From NCBI RefSeq assembly GCF_009914755.1, contig NC_060934.1: a DNA stretch of 64,000 nt; one strand, given 5' to 3'. The position numbers and the translations under genes were made by a program. This document shows, in pieces, positions 1 through 13,700 of this stretch. Origin of the DNA: the human T2T-CHM13v2.0 reference genome, Homo sapiens. The notes beneath the pieces were generated by a model, which saw nothing but the letters and a program-made list of their open reading frames with translations, did no database searches and was not told where the DNA came from. How positions within the stretch are numbered: the stretch's first letter is position 1; every line of letters begins with the position of its first letter.

Positions 1-11
1 TAGTTTAGCTA

Positions 12-316
<305 letters not shown>

Positions 317-2367
317 GTTTAGCTAAGAAGAGAAAAACAGAAAATGTAAAGAACTAGAGAAGGATATAAGAAATCAGATTTTTGAAAGATGGTTAATGGT
401 ATAACTTTGTTTTAGGCTAAAACAGATAATCCAATAGAGAGTGAAAGACAGATGGAGCTGGAGAGTTAATTTGAGTGAAACATTGTGGGGTCCAAAGCAC
501 AAATGGAGTGGTATCTGCCCTTCTCGGTGACAGTAAGAATTGTTTAATTGTTTATCCATTATATGTGAAAAGAAGCCAGAGGATACTATGAGTACAGATA
601 CTAGTGAGGAGTCATTTTCACCATGTTGGTACAATTTCATATTCTAATTTGATTATTTCTGTTTTCTTACTAAAAGGAAGCCAATGAAGAAGGAAGCAAA
701 TATAGAGGAGGAAAGGGGATAAAAGGAAGAATAATCTCAGAAAAGGAAGATAGAGATGCTGGTAAGCAAAAAAAGAGATTACCTATTACACATAAAAGTA
801 ATTTGTACATTATTTTCGAGAAGAAATAAAGTTTTCCAAAATTGATTAAAAGAAAACACAACTTTCAAATACTAATAAATTAGTCAAAAACACAAAATTT
901 TATGTTTCTATTTTTATATCAATGTTTCCATGGAGTTAAATGGATATAGCTAATTTATACAATCTTAAAAAAAAGAAGATTAGTTTTACTGGTAGCTGAC
1001 TTCATTAAAATATTCTTCTTAAGCCATTTGGGAGGCAAACCTCTAGGTAATGTTACAGGATGTTAAAGTCATTTAAATACAAATAACGTATGCCATATTT
1101 GCATTTAACAAGTTAACCCAAGTTCATCCTACCTGTAGGGCTTTTAAAATGTTATAAAAAGAATAGATAAGCAAAATCTTTCTTTAAGTATTATACTTCA
1201 ATTCTCAAAACTTAATGTGAAATGTGGAAAGACAAATGCCTTTTCTTTGATCTCGGTTGGAATTTTGGGCTGAAATCCATATTTGTACCTGATCTGTGAA
1301 CTGTGTCTTGTATAATGAACAGATTCATGGTGAAATCCTTTGGGCTTGTTAGCTTTTTTTCTATTGAATAGTGATGCTTCTGGGGTAATGTGATGGTCCA
1401 CAAACACCAACACTAAAAATGAAATTTTTAGATGGCTAAAAAACAAGAAACAGAACAGTGAAATAGTATACCTGGCCATGTTATTCTTTCCATGCAACAA
1501 ATCAAAATTCTTTAGGCTTCATTTAAAGCAGCAAAAGGCAGCCTGATTAATTCAATGTATGCCTCAATGATCCTCAGCCAAACTCATGGTTGTGACATAT
1601 GAAATATAATTGGTATGAGTTGAAATAGCCTGTCTTCTTTCAGTCTTTCATAATAATCCTACTGTGTTAAGGCTAACATTTCTTCATAATAATATCCCAT
1701 TGATTGGTGAAATTTTGTACATGAGGAACAAAGGGGCATGAAATTTAGGGCACAGCCATCATGTGTGGCCATTCTTGTACTGTTGTTTGAGTGATGTTAA
1801 AAGGGTAATCTGTCTTGAAAACATTTGATGTCTCAGGTGAACGCCTGCTACCCCCAGATTCACTATGTTATACCAATGTATTAGCATGTATTTGTGTATT
1901 GCATCTCCAGAAAGCCACCACTGAAATGTTAACCTGTTCATCAGTGACACTATTAAACAAATACATCCATATAATTATATAAACTTAGAGGAAATGGGTC
2001 AAGAATAACCCATTTTGATCTCCCGAGAATCATTCTTGGAAGGTTCCTTAGATGACTATTCTTAATTTCAAAAGTTCAAACAAATTTTGAAACCTCTATT
2101 CCCGAAAGAACAAATCTGAGATGGGTAATAAGTTTTTCTAAATCATATTTAAAAAGTAAATTCTAGACTTATATCCAGAAACTATGTGTGTCTTACGTCA
2201 TTCACTATTAGATTGTCTGTTATTCCCTTGGAGTCAATGATTAAAAGCCAATTGTTATTGCACTAACAACGAAGGAAAACTTGGTCCTCAGAAAGCCAAA
2301 AACAAACATAACAAATATGGAAAGCCTCTAATTTCTGCATGTCATCTCAAATTCCATTTCACTGCTG

Positions 2368-2633
2368 GGAGAAAGAAAGAAAGAGAAGAAGAGAAAAACA
2401 AAGAAGGGAGGGAGGGAGGGAAAAAGGAAGGGAGGGAGGGAAAGAGATAAAGGAAAGGAAAGGAGGAGAGGAGAGAAGAGAAGAGAAGAGAAATAAAAAA
2501 GAAAAGAAAAGAAAGATGAAGGAAGGAGTGTGAGGAGAGGAGATGGGGGGAGGGAGGGAGGGAAAGGGAGTGAGAAAGAAAAAAGGAAGGAAAACAAAAG
2601 GAAGAAAGAAAGAAAGGAAAGGAAGGAAGGAAG
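2368..2633. repeat. GA-rich polypurine low-complexity tract (left part)
   Basis: Nearly pure A/G with GAAA, GGAA and GGGA units. Confidence 0.95.
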
Positions 2634-3458
2634 TGATATGGGAGGGGGGCAAAGAAGTCCTGGGTAGAGAAGGGCAGGTCCTTGGTGAGGGCTTCACACC
2701 TGGGCCTATGCCCATGGATCTAGGTGACGACAGGCATTTCTGTTTTTGTGCCTAAATGTTGCATTTCCTAAGACCACCCTGGCCCACCATGCTTTCATCC
2801 TGTGCTTATAAAAACACTGAGACCCTAGCGGGTAGAAACACACAGGCGGCTGGATGCTGAGAGGAACACATCAGCAGAGGAACGCATAAGCAGCTGAATA
2901 TTGAGAAGAACACATCGGTGGAAGAGTACACTAACAGGCACCAGCAGATGCCGGCAGGCCATCGACCAGCAGAACAATGCAGAGTTTGGCCAGGATGTTC
3001 TAAGGAGAGCCCGGCCACTGAGCAGCCCGACTCCAGGGAAAAACCACCTTCCCACTGCATCTCCCTTCTGGCTTCCCAATCTGCTGAGAGCTACTTTCAC
3101 TCAACAAAACCTTGCGCTCATTCTCCAAGCCCATGTGTGGCCTGATTCTTCTGGTACACCAAGACAAGAAATCCTGGGGAACAGAAAGCTCTCTGACCTT
3201 GCAATAAGACAGAGGGTCTAATTGAATTCACTAACACAAGCTGCCTATAAATGGCTAAACTGAAAGAGCACACTCTAACACACGCCCATTGGGACTTCAG
3301 CTGTAAACATTCACCCCTAGATGCTGCTTTGGGGTCAGAGCCCCACAGCCTGCCCATCTGCATGCTCCCCTAGAGGTTTGAACAGTGGGGCACCAAATAA
3401 GTGAGCCACATCCCATCACATGCCCTGTGATGGGGATGAGGCAACTTTTCCTGTTTCG
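2634..3458 (+). mobile_element. 5' LTR (LTR1-family-like)
   Basis: Starts TGATATGGGAGGGGGGC, ends CTGTTTCG; homologous to 6818-7479; TATAAAA at 2807-2813. Confidence 0.9.
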
Positions 3459-3460
3459 AC

Positions 3461-3477
3461 TGGGTCTCATCCGGGAT
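3461..3477 (+). promoter_or_regulatory. Retroviral primer binding site, tRNA-Pro type
   Basis: TGGGTCTCATCCGGGAT just after the 5' LTR, versus canonical Pro PBS TGGGGGCTCGTCCGGGAT. Confidence 0.88.
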
Positions 3478-4048
3478 CCTGGAAGGTGAATACAAATGTG
3501 AAACTATAGAATCAGTCTCTGTTGTAAAACCCTGGCACTTCTCTCTTTTTCCTGCAGGTAAGAGGCTCTCTTTCCCTTCACGAAGTTTTAAACCATCCTA
3601 ACCGGTCTGGTAAAAACTCCCAGACTTCACCTCTTTTCTCTCTTTTATGGTTTGAAATGGCTTTTATCTCTTCCTTTACAATGTTAAGGGATTTGCTACA
3701 GGCTGTGGCAATGTTACTAGGTAAAATGAGCATTTCGCTCAGCAGCCAAGGGTGCAAATCAGACCACCTATGCCTAGAGGTGCCACCTATGCCTCCACCC
3801 CAACAGCCGCAGGCATTCATGACTCAGGGCATCTCACCTTTCCCTTTCCCTTCCCAGTTCAGGTGCCTGGGCTTGTGCACAACTTGCAAAGCTCGCACCC
3901 AGCAGCCACGAGGGGGAGAGGGAGAAAGCCTTGGTGGTAGCCACAACCCCAAAGGGCCAATAGACGGGCTCTTCTCACCCACCAGGCCAACAGAATGTTT
4001 CTCCACTGGGGGAAGGATGTAAGGATTAGAGGGACTCACTTGCACTGA

Positions 4049-4432
<384 letters not shown>

Positions 4433-5014
4433 TGAGGGGGCTCCCCACTCCCAGCACTGTTTCTGATAGGGAAATTAATGCAGGAGTGACCCCTGCTGGC
4501 TGATAACTGCAAATTCGTCAGGGCTTATTTGAGACACTCTAAATGGATAAAAACAGCCCCTAAAATACCTTTTCAATCCGAAGCTCGATTCCAAGCTTCT
4601 TTTTAAGGGTAAGGCCCTAGAAAGAACAACCAGGTCTGAGGCATCCAAAGCCAGGCCACAGGCACAATATAAATGGGCAAGACCAATTCTTGCCGATTAA
4701 ACCCCACCCCCAACCCCACAGAAGGAGGCCTTGCTTCATGGCATAAACAGGCCCAGGGAACTCACAGGTTGTTGGCAGCAGGAAAAACAGGAGGCATAGG
4801 TGAGGCCGGTCAATTCCTATTCTCCAGGTTTTCCCTGCTTCATGGGTACGTATCACATCAGTACTTATGGCCAGCACCTGCCAAGGTTGCCAGGCCTCAG
4901 GGATGCCAGGTGGAAGGGATAGGGAGGACGCTTGCTTTATCTCTTTATCACACCCTGGGTTTTCACTGAAAGAAAGAAGGAGATGAGGGACGCCTCTATT
5001 CCCTGTCTTTCAGA

Positions 5015-5692
5015 ATCAGTAACCAGTTCTCTTCACCACCCCCAGCTTATACTCCTCCGGAGTGTGTCCTGAACCACTGGGACTGTTTTGACCCTCAAAA
5101 TCTGAAGGAAAAACTCCTCATAGCCTTCTGCACAAAGGTTTGGCCAATTATGATTTACAGCAAGGAATTGCTTGGCCTCAGGAAGGAACCATTCATTTTG
5201 AGACCCTTTGGCAGCTGGAACTTTTCTATACATGTGAAGACAGATGGTCTGAGGCCCCATATGTGCAGGCTTTCTATACTTTGCAAGGCAATCCAGACCT
5301 TTGCCAACAGTGTAAGATTGACCCAGCCCTCCTGTTTGCTGTCTCAGGGAAGGCTGCAAGGGGCAAGCCCAGGGAATTAAAGATACAAATCCGAGGCACT
5401 CCCAGTTGAGAAGCCAGCTCCCACCAGCCCTGCTCCTCTGGGTCCACCCTGACTTCCCTATCTACTTTCAGCTTCTCACTTGCCCCCTCCTAGAAATCCT
5501 CACCCTAAAGAAGCCCCAGTCTCACTCTTGCCCCTCCAACAGATGCCCAGTAAATTTGGGACCAGTAAGTTCCAGGTCCTCTTCTCCCAATAGTACTTAA
5601 AGCAAATCAAGGGGGATCTTGGTAAGTTTCCGGATGACCATGATAGATACAGAGACGATATATTGTGATAGATATAGAGATGTATCTCTATG

Positions 5693-5723
<31 letters not shown>

Positions 5724-6310
5724 TAGAGATATATCTCTATGATAGATATAAGGATAGATATATTGGGTGAAATTCTGGAATTTCACCCAAATATTTGAAA
5801 TCTCCTGGGGAGACGTTATGTCATTTTTGAATCAGACCCTGATGGACAATGAGAAGCAGTACACTCTGCAAGCAGCAGAGAGATTTGGGGATGCACTTTG
5901 CATCACATATAGCATCAGGGAAGGGGGCAAATATTATGCAACTGGAAGATAAGCAGAACCAGTGAATGACTCTAAATGGGATCCCAGTGACAAGAAGGAA
6001 GACACTTTCAGGTGTTTATAATGGAGGGCTTGCACAGGACTAAGACCAAGCCACTCAGTTAGGCTAAGTTGTTCATTATCGACCAGGGATTTGCTGAAAA
6101 CCCCACTGCCTTCCTGGAAAAGCTAAGAGAGGCCTTGGTAAAACACACCTCTCTATCTCGTGATTCAGTCAAGAAACAGCTAATCCTAAAGGATACATGC
6201 ATTACTCAGGCAGCCCCTCATATCAGGAGGAAGTTCCAGAAATGGCCCTGGGACCAGATATACATTAGAGAGCCTCCTGAAGTGGCCACTTCAGTTTTGT
6301 ACAATAGAGA
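5015..6310 (+). pseudogene. gag: Degenerate retroviral gag (matrix to capsid/MHR), HERV-W/HERV9 supergroup-like
   Basis: Frames read TPPECVLNHWDCFDPQNLKEKLLIAFCTKVWP, WPQEGTIHFETLWQLELFY..RWSEAPYVQAF, FTQIFEISWGDVMSFLNQTL, and the major homology region QGFAENPTAFLEKLREAL; several frameshifts and stops, and no ATG at the expected start. Confidence 0.9.
5641..5765. repeat. (TA)n / GATA-type microsatellite inside gag
   Basis: TA run at about 5694-5719 flanked by repeated GATAGATATAGAGA-like units. Confidence 0.92.
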
Positions 6311-6608
6311 AATGCAGACCCAAGAAAGAGGCAGAAGCTTTAACGACCATCCTGCAAGCCCTCAAACAGGGTGCACCTATTAACTGCTAAAGATACGGCA
6401 AAAACAGTTAGCTGTCTTCTAAAGTTTAACCACTCCCATAGAAGGTTTAATACCTTTCACCAGGGTGAAACACCTCAGGGTACAATGTTGCTGTTACTAT
6501 ATTTCACTTCTTGTCTCTGTAATCTTTGGCACTAAATTCTTTCCTTGTATAATACACATGTTTAACTCATGCATACTTAACCTTATAAAACTTTTTTTTT
6601 TCTTCTCA

Positions 6609-6696
6609 TGCCTAGAAGCCATAAAACTCCAAATGGCCAGGCAATTGGAGCCTTGGATGATAGCTCCTGTTTGCTAGAAACCCTTAGATAGACCCC
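6609..6696 (+). pseudogene. env: Relic of env TM cytoplasmic tail
   Basis: Translates CLEAIKLQMARQLEPWMIAPVC*KPLDRP, resembling the IEAVKLQM...PLDRP tail of HERV-W/HERV9-type Env. Confidence 0.78.
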
Positions 6697-6817
6697 CGGG
6701 AGGAATCTCACTGCTGTTCTCCCCAAAACAACACCCCCTGTCACCAGGAAGTAGCTTAAGACTAGTCATCATCCATATTTTAACAGCAGTTAGATGTACC
6801 TCTTCAGAGGGGGGAGA

Positions 6818-7479
6818 TGACACAGGAGGGGAGCATGGGTAGAGAAAGGCAGGTCCCTCGTGAGGGCTCCCATGGGCCTGTGCCCATGGACCTAGGTGAG
6901 GACAGGCATTTCTGTTTTTGTTCCTAAATGTTGCATTTCCTAAGACCAACCTGGCTTGCCACACCCCATCCTGTACCTGTAAAAACCCTGAGACCCTTGC
7001 GGGCAGAGATTCACAAGCAGCTGGAGGTCGAGAGGAACACATCAGAGGAAGAACACGCGAGTGGTTGAACATCAAGAGGAACACACTGGCAGAAAAGCAC
7101 ACTTACAGGTACTGGCAGATGCAGGCAGGTCATCGACCAGCAGAACCACACAGAGTCTGGCCAAGGTGGTCAGAGGAGACCCCAGCCACTAAGCGGCCTA
7201 CTCCAGGGGAAAACCACCTCTGTTCTTGCAATAAGGCAGAGGATCTAATTGAGATGACTAACACAAGCCGCCTATAGATGGCTAAACTGAAAGAGCACAT
7301 TCTAACACATGCCCACTGGGGCTTCAGCTGTTAACATTTACCCCTAGATGCTGCCATGGGGTTGGAACCCTACAGCCTGGTTGCTTCCCCTAGAGGTTTG
7401 AGCAGCGGGGCACCACAGATGCAAGCTGCACTACCATCGCATGCACTGTGAGGAGGACAGAGGAACTTTTCCCATTTCA
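6818..7479 (+). mobile_element. 3' LTR (LTR1-family-like, internally deleted)
   Basis: Follows polypurine tract AGAGGGGGGAGA (6806-6817); starts TGACACAGGAGGGG, ends CCCATTTCA; about 160 bp shorter than the 5' LTR. Confidence 0.9.
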
Positions 7480-7563
7480 AAAGGAAGGAAGAATAAAGGA
7501 AGGCAGGGAGGGGGAGGGTAGGAGAAGGAGAGACAGAGGGGAGAAACAAAAAAAGAAAGAAAT
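7480..7563. repeat. GA-rich polypurine tract (right part), followed by TA/CA/TATC low complexity to about 7680
   Basis: GGAA-type units resume directly after the 3' LTR. Confidence 0.9.
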
Positions 7564-8554
7564 GTATACACATACACACACACATATATACATATGTATA
7601 GGCATTGTTAAAGATATACATATATCTACTTTTCTCTGTTTATCTAACTATTATCTATCTATCCATATATCTATCTTTAATGTTGAACCTCTAAAGATGA
7701 ATCCTTAGATGTGTCATTGAAGCATTTACCTTAGTGAACAGCATTGCAATTTCAGATAATTGTTTCATGTAATTATTGTGTTAACTAAATTAAACTTTCA
7801 ATTAATTTTTGACATTTAAGAGAAGTGTATGTTAGCAAAATTAAGTGCATGTTAGCCAAACTAGGATTATAAAAACCAATTTGTCCTTTTTATCAACTTT
7901 TTATTTCACATTACACAAAATTCATGTTAGGTGCTTTTGTGGAGTGGTTTTCCAAATAAGGTGGTGGGAGAGGAAAAGTTGTCTTTGGTTTCCTACAGTA
8001 AAGTAGCCTATAACAATGTCCCTTTTCATATTTATTCAAATGCATGTTTTTCTTATTCAAAAAATGTCAAACAATATGTTTCAAAAATGGTTATGACTTC
8101 CTGCCTTCTTGTTTGGGCAAATACAAATAAAACATCTAAATTTAAGAAATAGGATTGCAGTATCTAAAACAAGTTGGACAATGAATAGAGGTTTTTGGGA
8201 TTTCCTTTGGGGGAATGGAGGAAGAAAGTATGAGACAGGTTCCACAGAAATCAATGCCTAAAAATATATTGGTGTCCCAGACACAATTGAAATATAGTTG
8301 TCCAATTGTCATGTCTCACTCATCCTTAAAAAAATAAAGCAAACTTCAAGTTTAATCCTTTTTATTGTGTCTGAAATTGATTATGGAACAACTGAATAAC
8401 TATGTGCTAGCTTGCGTATTGTTGTCGTGCACTGAAAGCATTTCATTGTTATAACTCTCCCTCAAAGTATCAATTAAGTATCACAAAAGTAATAAAGTAA
8501 TTACTACTTCTGTGCTATTTGTATTAATTACAATTATTAGTACTGCTTTAGTCA

Positions 8555-8695
8555 CTTTACTCTCACAGTTACCCGTTGAGTTATGTACTATATCATTTTA
8601 CTTACAAGCTTAGAGAGAATAAATGATTTGCTCAAATTCTGCTAGACACTAAGTGGTGGAGCTTGAATTCAAACATAGTAATATCTGACTCCAGC
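8555..8695 (-). mobile_element. MIR SINE relic
   Basis: TAAGTGGTGGAGCTTGAATTCAAAC...TCTGACTCCA matches the antisense MIR core. Confidence 0.7.
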
Positions 8696-9296
8696 CTTCT
8701 CACTCCCACCAACCCCACATATGTACACAAAAACACAAATACATACACACAAAATCACATACCAAAATATTTTTAACATACAGATTTATGAGATAATATG
8801 GATTAATTCTCAACATATCCAAAGTGATTTCAGTAAATTGCCATCTTAAAATATTAGGACTTTAACATATAGTTCATATTGTTGACAATGGTTGCTTTCA
8901 AGGAAATTAGCATATATGGAGGACTGGTGATGAAGAGTATGTTCACCTTTTACTGTATTAAATTCTTCTACAGTTCTTGAACATTTTATAGTGAATATAT
9001 ATTTAATTGTTACTTATGTAAAACAAACATAAAACAAATTTTTAATATAAAAAACTATAAGAAGTTTTGATGTGTCAGTGACCTAAGATTTTGGAATTAT
9101 AAGTCACTAAAATTGAATCTAATACACAGTTGGCATAGTGTTTGCAAGTTGAAACCTAGCCATCTCTGGAAATATACCAGAATTCATTACTGAAGTGAAA
9201 AATTTTAATAGTGACTAGATATCAAGATCTCATTTTTTCTTCCTATTATGGAAAGAAATAAAAGTAGATTAGATGGGAGACAAAATCTACTTAAAA

Positions 9297-11673
9297 TCCA
9301 GCAGACATCAAAAACTTAATACACCATGATTAAGTAGGATTAATTCCTGGAATCCAAGGCTGGTCCAACATATGCAAATCAATAAATGTGATTCACCACA
9401 TAAACAGAATTAAAAGCAAAAACCGTATGATCACCTCAATAGATTCAGAAAAAGCTTTCAACATAATCCAACATCTCTTCATGATAACCACAATCAACCA
9501 ACCGGACATTGAAGGAACCTACACCAAAATAAGAACAATCTATGACAAACCTGCAGCCAACACCATATGGAATGGGCAAAAGCTGGAAACATTACCTTTG
9601 AGAACTGGAAAACCACAAGGATGCCCACTCTCGCCCCTCCTATTTAACATAGTATTAGAAGTCCTAGACAGAGCAATCAGGCAAGAGAAAGAAAAAAAAA
9701 AGGCATTCAAATAGGAAAATAAGTCAAACTAACTCTCTTCACTAAACATTTGATTCCATACCTAGAAAAATCCTAATGACCCCATCAAAATGCTGCTAGA
9801 ATGGATAAAAGATTTTAGTAAGGTTTCAGGATACAAAAGCAATATACAAAAATCTGTAGCATTTCTATACACCAATAATGTTCAGGCTGAGAGGCAAATC
9901 AAGAACATGATCCCATTTACAATAGCTAAAAATAAAATAAAACATCTAGAAATACAGCTAACCAAGGAGGTGAAAGATCTCTACAAGTAGAACTGCAAGA
10001 CACAGCTGAAAAAAACCACAGACAAAACAAAGAAAAGGGAAAACATTTTATGTTCGTGGATTGGAAGAATTAATATTGTTACAATGGCCATACTGTCCAA
10101 AGTGATTTTACAGATTCAATGCTATTCCTATCAAACTACCAATATCATTTTTCACAGTTAGAAAAAAAAATTCTAAAATTCATCTGGAACCAAAAAAGAG
10201 CCCAAATAGACAAAGCAATCCTAAGCAAAATGAACAAAGCTGCAGACATCACATTTCCCAGTGTCAAACTACACTATAAGGCTATAGTAACCAAAACAGC
10301 ATGATACTGGTATAAAAATAAGACACATAGACCAATGGAGCAGAATAAAAAACTTGGAAATAAAGTTGAACAGTTACAACTATCAGATCTTTCACAAGCC
10401 TGACAAAAACAAGCAATGAGGAAAGGAACCTCTATTCAATAAATGGTCCTGGGTTATAACTGGCTAGCCATATGCACAAGAATGAACCTGACCCCTTACC
10501 TTTTACCATATACAAAAATTAACTCAAGATGAATAAAACATTTAAGTGCAAGGCCTCAAATCCTATAACAACCCTAGAAGAAAACCTTGGAAATACCCTT
10601 CTGAACATTGGCTTTGGCAAAGAGTTTGTGACTAAGTCCCCAAAAGCAATTGGAACAAAAACAAAACAATTGACAATGAGACCTAATTAAACTAAAGAGT
10701 GTCTGCACAGAAAAAGAAAATATCATACAGTAGACCGACAACCTACCAAATGGGAGAAAATATTCACAAACTATGCATCTGGCAACGGTCTAATATCCAG
10801 AATCTGTAAGGAACTTAAACAAAACAAAATGAAAAAAAAAAACCAAATAACTCCATTTAAAAAATGGGCAAAGGATATGAACAGACACTTCGCAAAAGAA
10901 GACTTACAAGCAGCCAATGAACTTGAAAAAAATGTCCACCATCACTAATTATCAGAGAAATGTAAATCAAAACCACAGTGAGGTACCATCTCACACCAGT
11001 CAGAATGGCTATTGTTAAAAAAATAAAAAAAAACAGATGCTGATGATGCTGCAGAGAAAAGGGAATGCTTATACACTGTTGGTGAAAATGCAAGTTTGTT
11101 CAGCCACTGTGGAAAGCAGTGTGGAGATTTCTCAAAGAGCTTAGAACCCCATTCTACTCTACAATCCCACTACTGAGTATGTACCCAAAGGAAAATAGAT
11201 CATTATATTAAAAAGACCCATGCACTCACATGTTCATTGCTATACTATTCACAATAAGAAAGATGTGGAATCAACCTAGGTGCCCATCAGTGGTAGAGTG
11301 AATAAAGAAAATATGGTACACGTACACCATGGAACACTGTGCAGCCATAAAAAAGAATGAAATCATGTGCTTCACGGTGATATGGATGGCTCTGGAGGCC
11401 ATAATCCTAAGCAAATTAACACAAGAACAGAAAACCAAATACCACATGTTTTCATTCATAAGTGGGAGCTGAACACTGAGCACACATGAACATAAACATG
11501 GGAACAGACACTGGTCACTAATAGAGAGGAAAGGGAGAGAGGTGGGCAGGGGGTGAAAAACTTCCTGTTGGTTACTATGTTTCATACCTGGATGCAATAT
11601 ATCCATGCAACAAACCTACCCATGAACCTCCTGTTTCTAAAATATAAGTTGAATTTTAAAAAAGACAAAAAGA
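9297..11673 (+). mobile_element. 5'-truncated L1 (older L1PA, about PA13-16): ORF2 RT/C-terminal relic plus 3' UTR
   Basis: ORF fragments [47 protein letters not shown] and [13 protein letters not shown] are L1 ORF2p; L1 3' UTR and A-rich tail; TSD AAAATCTA(C/A)TTAAAA at 9282-9296 and 11674-11688. Confidence 0.95.
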
Positions 11674-12750
11674 AAAATCTAATTAAAAATATTTTAAAAA
11701 TAATTTCTCCAATTACATTTTCAGGTACCTTCATGAATTAACTTATTACTTTTTGCCATAGAGAAAAAAAGGATTTTTTTCTCTGATGGTTGAAAAAGGG
11801 TAGTTTTACATCTTCTCTAATCAGATATGTTCTTAAATTGAAAAGAGAAAGGGCTATGAGCAATGAACAAAAATAAACATTGCAAAGGTGCTTTACAAAA
11901 TTTGCTATTTTGCTATCAACATTTTCATATTTAATTAAAAAGACTAGTGGACCACACAATTTATTGTTTGTAGCTTCCAGCAAATACGGGACAGCAACTG
12001 GGAAGGAAATAGATTATTTTGAGTGTCAGGATCAGACAGATTGAAGCAGTGGTCACTCCTGTACTCATCAGCATTGTCCTCTTCCTACCTTTCCCAAACA
12101 CTGTGGTACTAGGTCTTGGTACTCTGGCCTCTACCTTCCTCACCTGGGAAGGCTTTTTCTAAAGCTCAGACCTCCCCATCTCCAAGCAGCTTCCCGAAAC
12201 TGACCTTTCTAAATTGCCTATCAAACATTTTCCCACAAGAGATGCAAATTTTCATTCACTAATTTTGCAAATATGAACTAAGCATCTCTTATAAAATGTT
12301 TTCTAAGAGAAAACATGGATAAAAACCTACCATTTAGACAGGAGTGACATATGGTATTTATCTAGAATAAAGAATTTATCTAGACTTATTATGCAGTAAT
12401 AACACCTGCTGCCTGAAACAGAGAACGAAAATAAGCCACGAGTTTGAGGAAATAAATATACCTATGTGTTTTTTCTATATACCATTCCTTATACAAGAGT
12501 AGCACATAAGAATAGTAGGGAACTTAATAATTATCCAGAAGCTTATGCCAATTAGAGGACTAAATGAAATAATGTTTTGAATATTTCAATCTGAAAGTGA
12601 AGAAAAGAACAATCAGGATTGAAAACAAAACAACTAAGATTTTTTTTTAGAATATGGTTAAGTTGAAATGACATATTAAATTCTTACGTTGCCTTTCATA
12701 ATAACTCATTCCAGAGTTCAAAGTTGAATATTTTTATTGTGCCTTATTTT

Positions 12751-13077
12751 ATTTTTATTTATTTATATTTATATTTATTTAATTTTATTTTCTTATTTAT
12801 TTTATTTTATTTTGAGATGGTGTCTCATTCTGTCACCCAGGCTGTAGTGCAGTGACGCGATCTCGGCTCACTGCAACCCCTGCCTCCTGGGTTCAAGCGA
12901 TTCTCCTGCCTACGGACACACACCACCACACCCGGCTAATTTTTCGTATTGTTAGTAGAGACGTGGTTTTACCATACCGGCCAGGCTGGTCTTGAACTCC
13001 TGATCTCAAGTAATCTGCCCGCCCACCTCGGCCTCCCAAAGTATTGGGATTACAGGTGTGAGCTTCTGCGCCTGGCC
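12751..13077 (-). mobile_element. Alu SINE (AluS-like) with an internal deletion of about 23 bp
   Basis: Antisense Alu; the CAGCCTCCCGAGTAGCTGGGATT segment is missing after TTCTCCTGCCT; TTTA-type tail; decayed 16-bp TSD. Confidence 0.95.
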
Positions 13078-13329
13078 TATCATGTCTTATTTTAAAATAA
13101 GAATTCAGTCTAAGAATTAGAAGGCAAGATGAGGTTGGACAGTTAAGGACATTAAAGAAAAAGGAAGTTTTATGCTTTCCCTCTTTTTTGCTTTACTTGG
13201 ATGGATTTTTCTACTCACAATTCCTTCTCCCCCCAGCCTGTCTAATGCATTATATACTTTGAGATGTAGCTTATTTCTTGTTTCAACTCCCAAAATACTC
13301 CGAACATATCTTTACTGTGTACTTAACAA

Positions 13330-13485
13330 CACTCTATTAAAGCGATGTGCTGTGTGTCTCTGTCTCCCCTATGAGACTATGAAACTGTGAAAAACGAAGG
13401 CAGAAATCTTGTTTATTCATTTTTATAAGCCCAAGCAGATTGTTGCACTGTGCCTGGTGATACTGATTTCAAAGTTGAATGAAAA
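13330..13485 (+). mobile_element. L2 3' end relic
   Basis: TCTGTCTCCCC...GGCAGAAATCTTGT...GCACTGTGCCTGG...GTTGAATGAA pattern. Confidence 0.65.
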
Positions 13486-13544
13486 ACTGTGAAAGAATGT
13501 TCCTGGCATAGTGCATGTATCATATGATGTGTAAGTTTATTTCA

Positions 13545-13700
13545 ACTTAGAGTGAGATAGTTTTTATTACTCTCATTTTATAATTAGAAAAATAATACTA
13601 AAATAAATCAATGACTTAATTTTTTTACACAAGAGTAAGTGGTTGAACAAAGATTTAAATTCTGGGTAATATGATTCCAAAACAAGTGTCATTTCAACAT
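13545..13700 (-). mobile_element. MIR relic
   Basis: TTATTACTCTCATTTTATA...AGTAAGTGGTTGAACAAAGATTTAAAT...TGATTCCAAA. Confidence 0.55.

Noticed and set aside
2328-2755. Lys/Arg/Glu-rich and Phe/Leu/Ser-rich ORFs (also 7370-7708 and 29686-29941)
   Set aside because: Artefacts of stop-free GA/TC low-complexity tracts.
5015-6696. Domesticated gag or syncytin-like gene
   Set aside because: No ATG at the expected gag start, multiple frameshifts and a microsatellite insertion; env is only about 30 codons with an internal stop.
9388-10304. Functional reverse transcriptase gene
   Set aside because: Fragments of a 5'-truncated L1 ORF2 with many frameshifts and stops.
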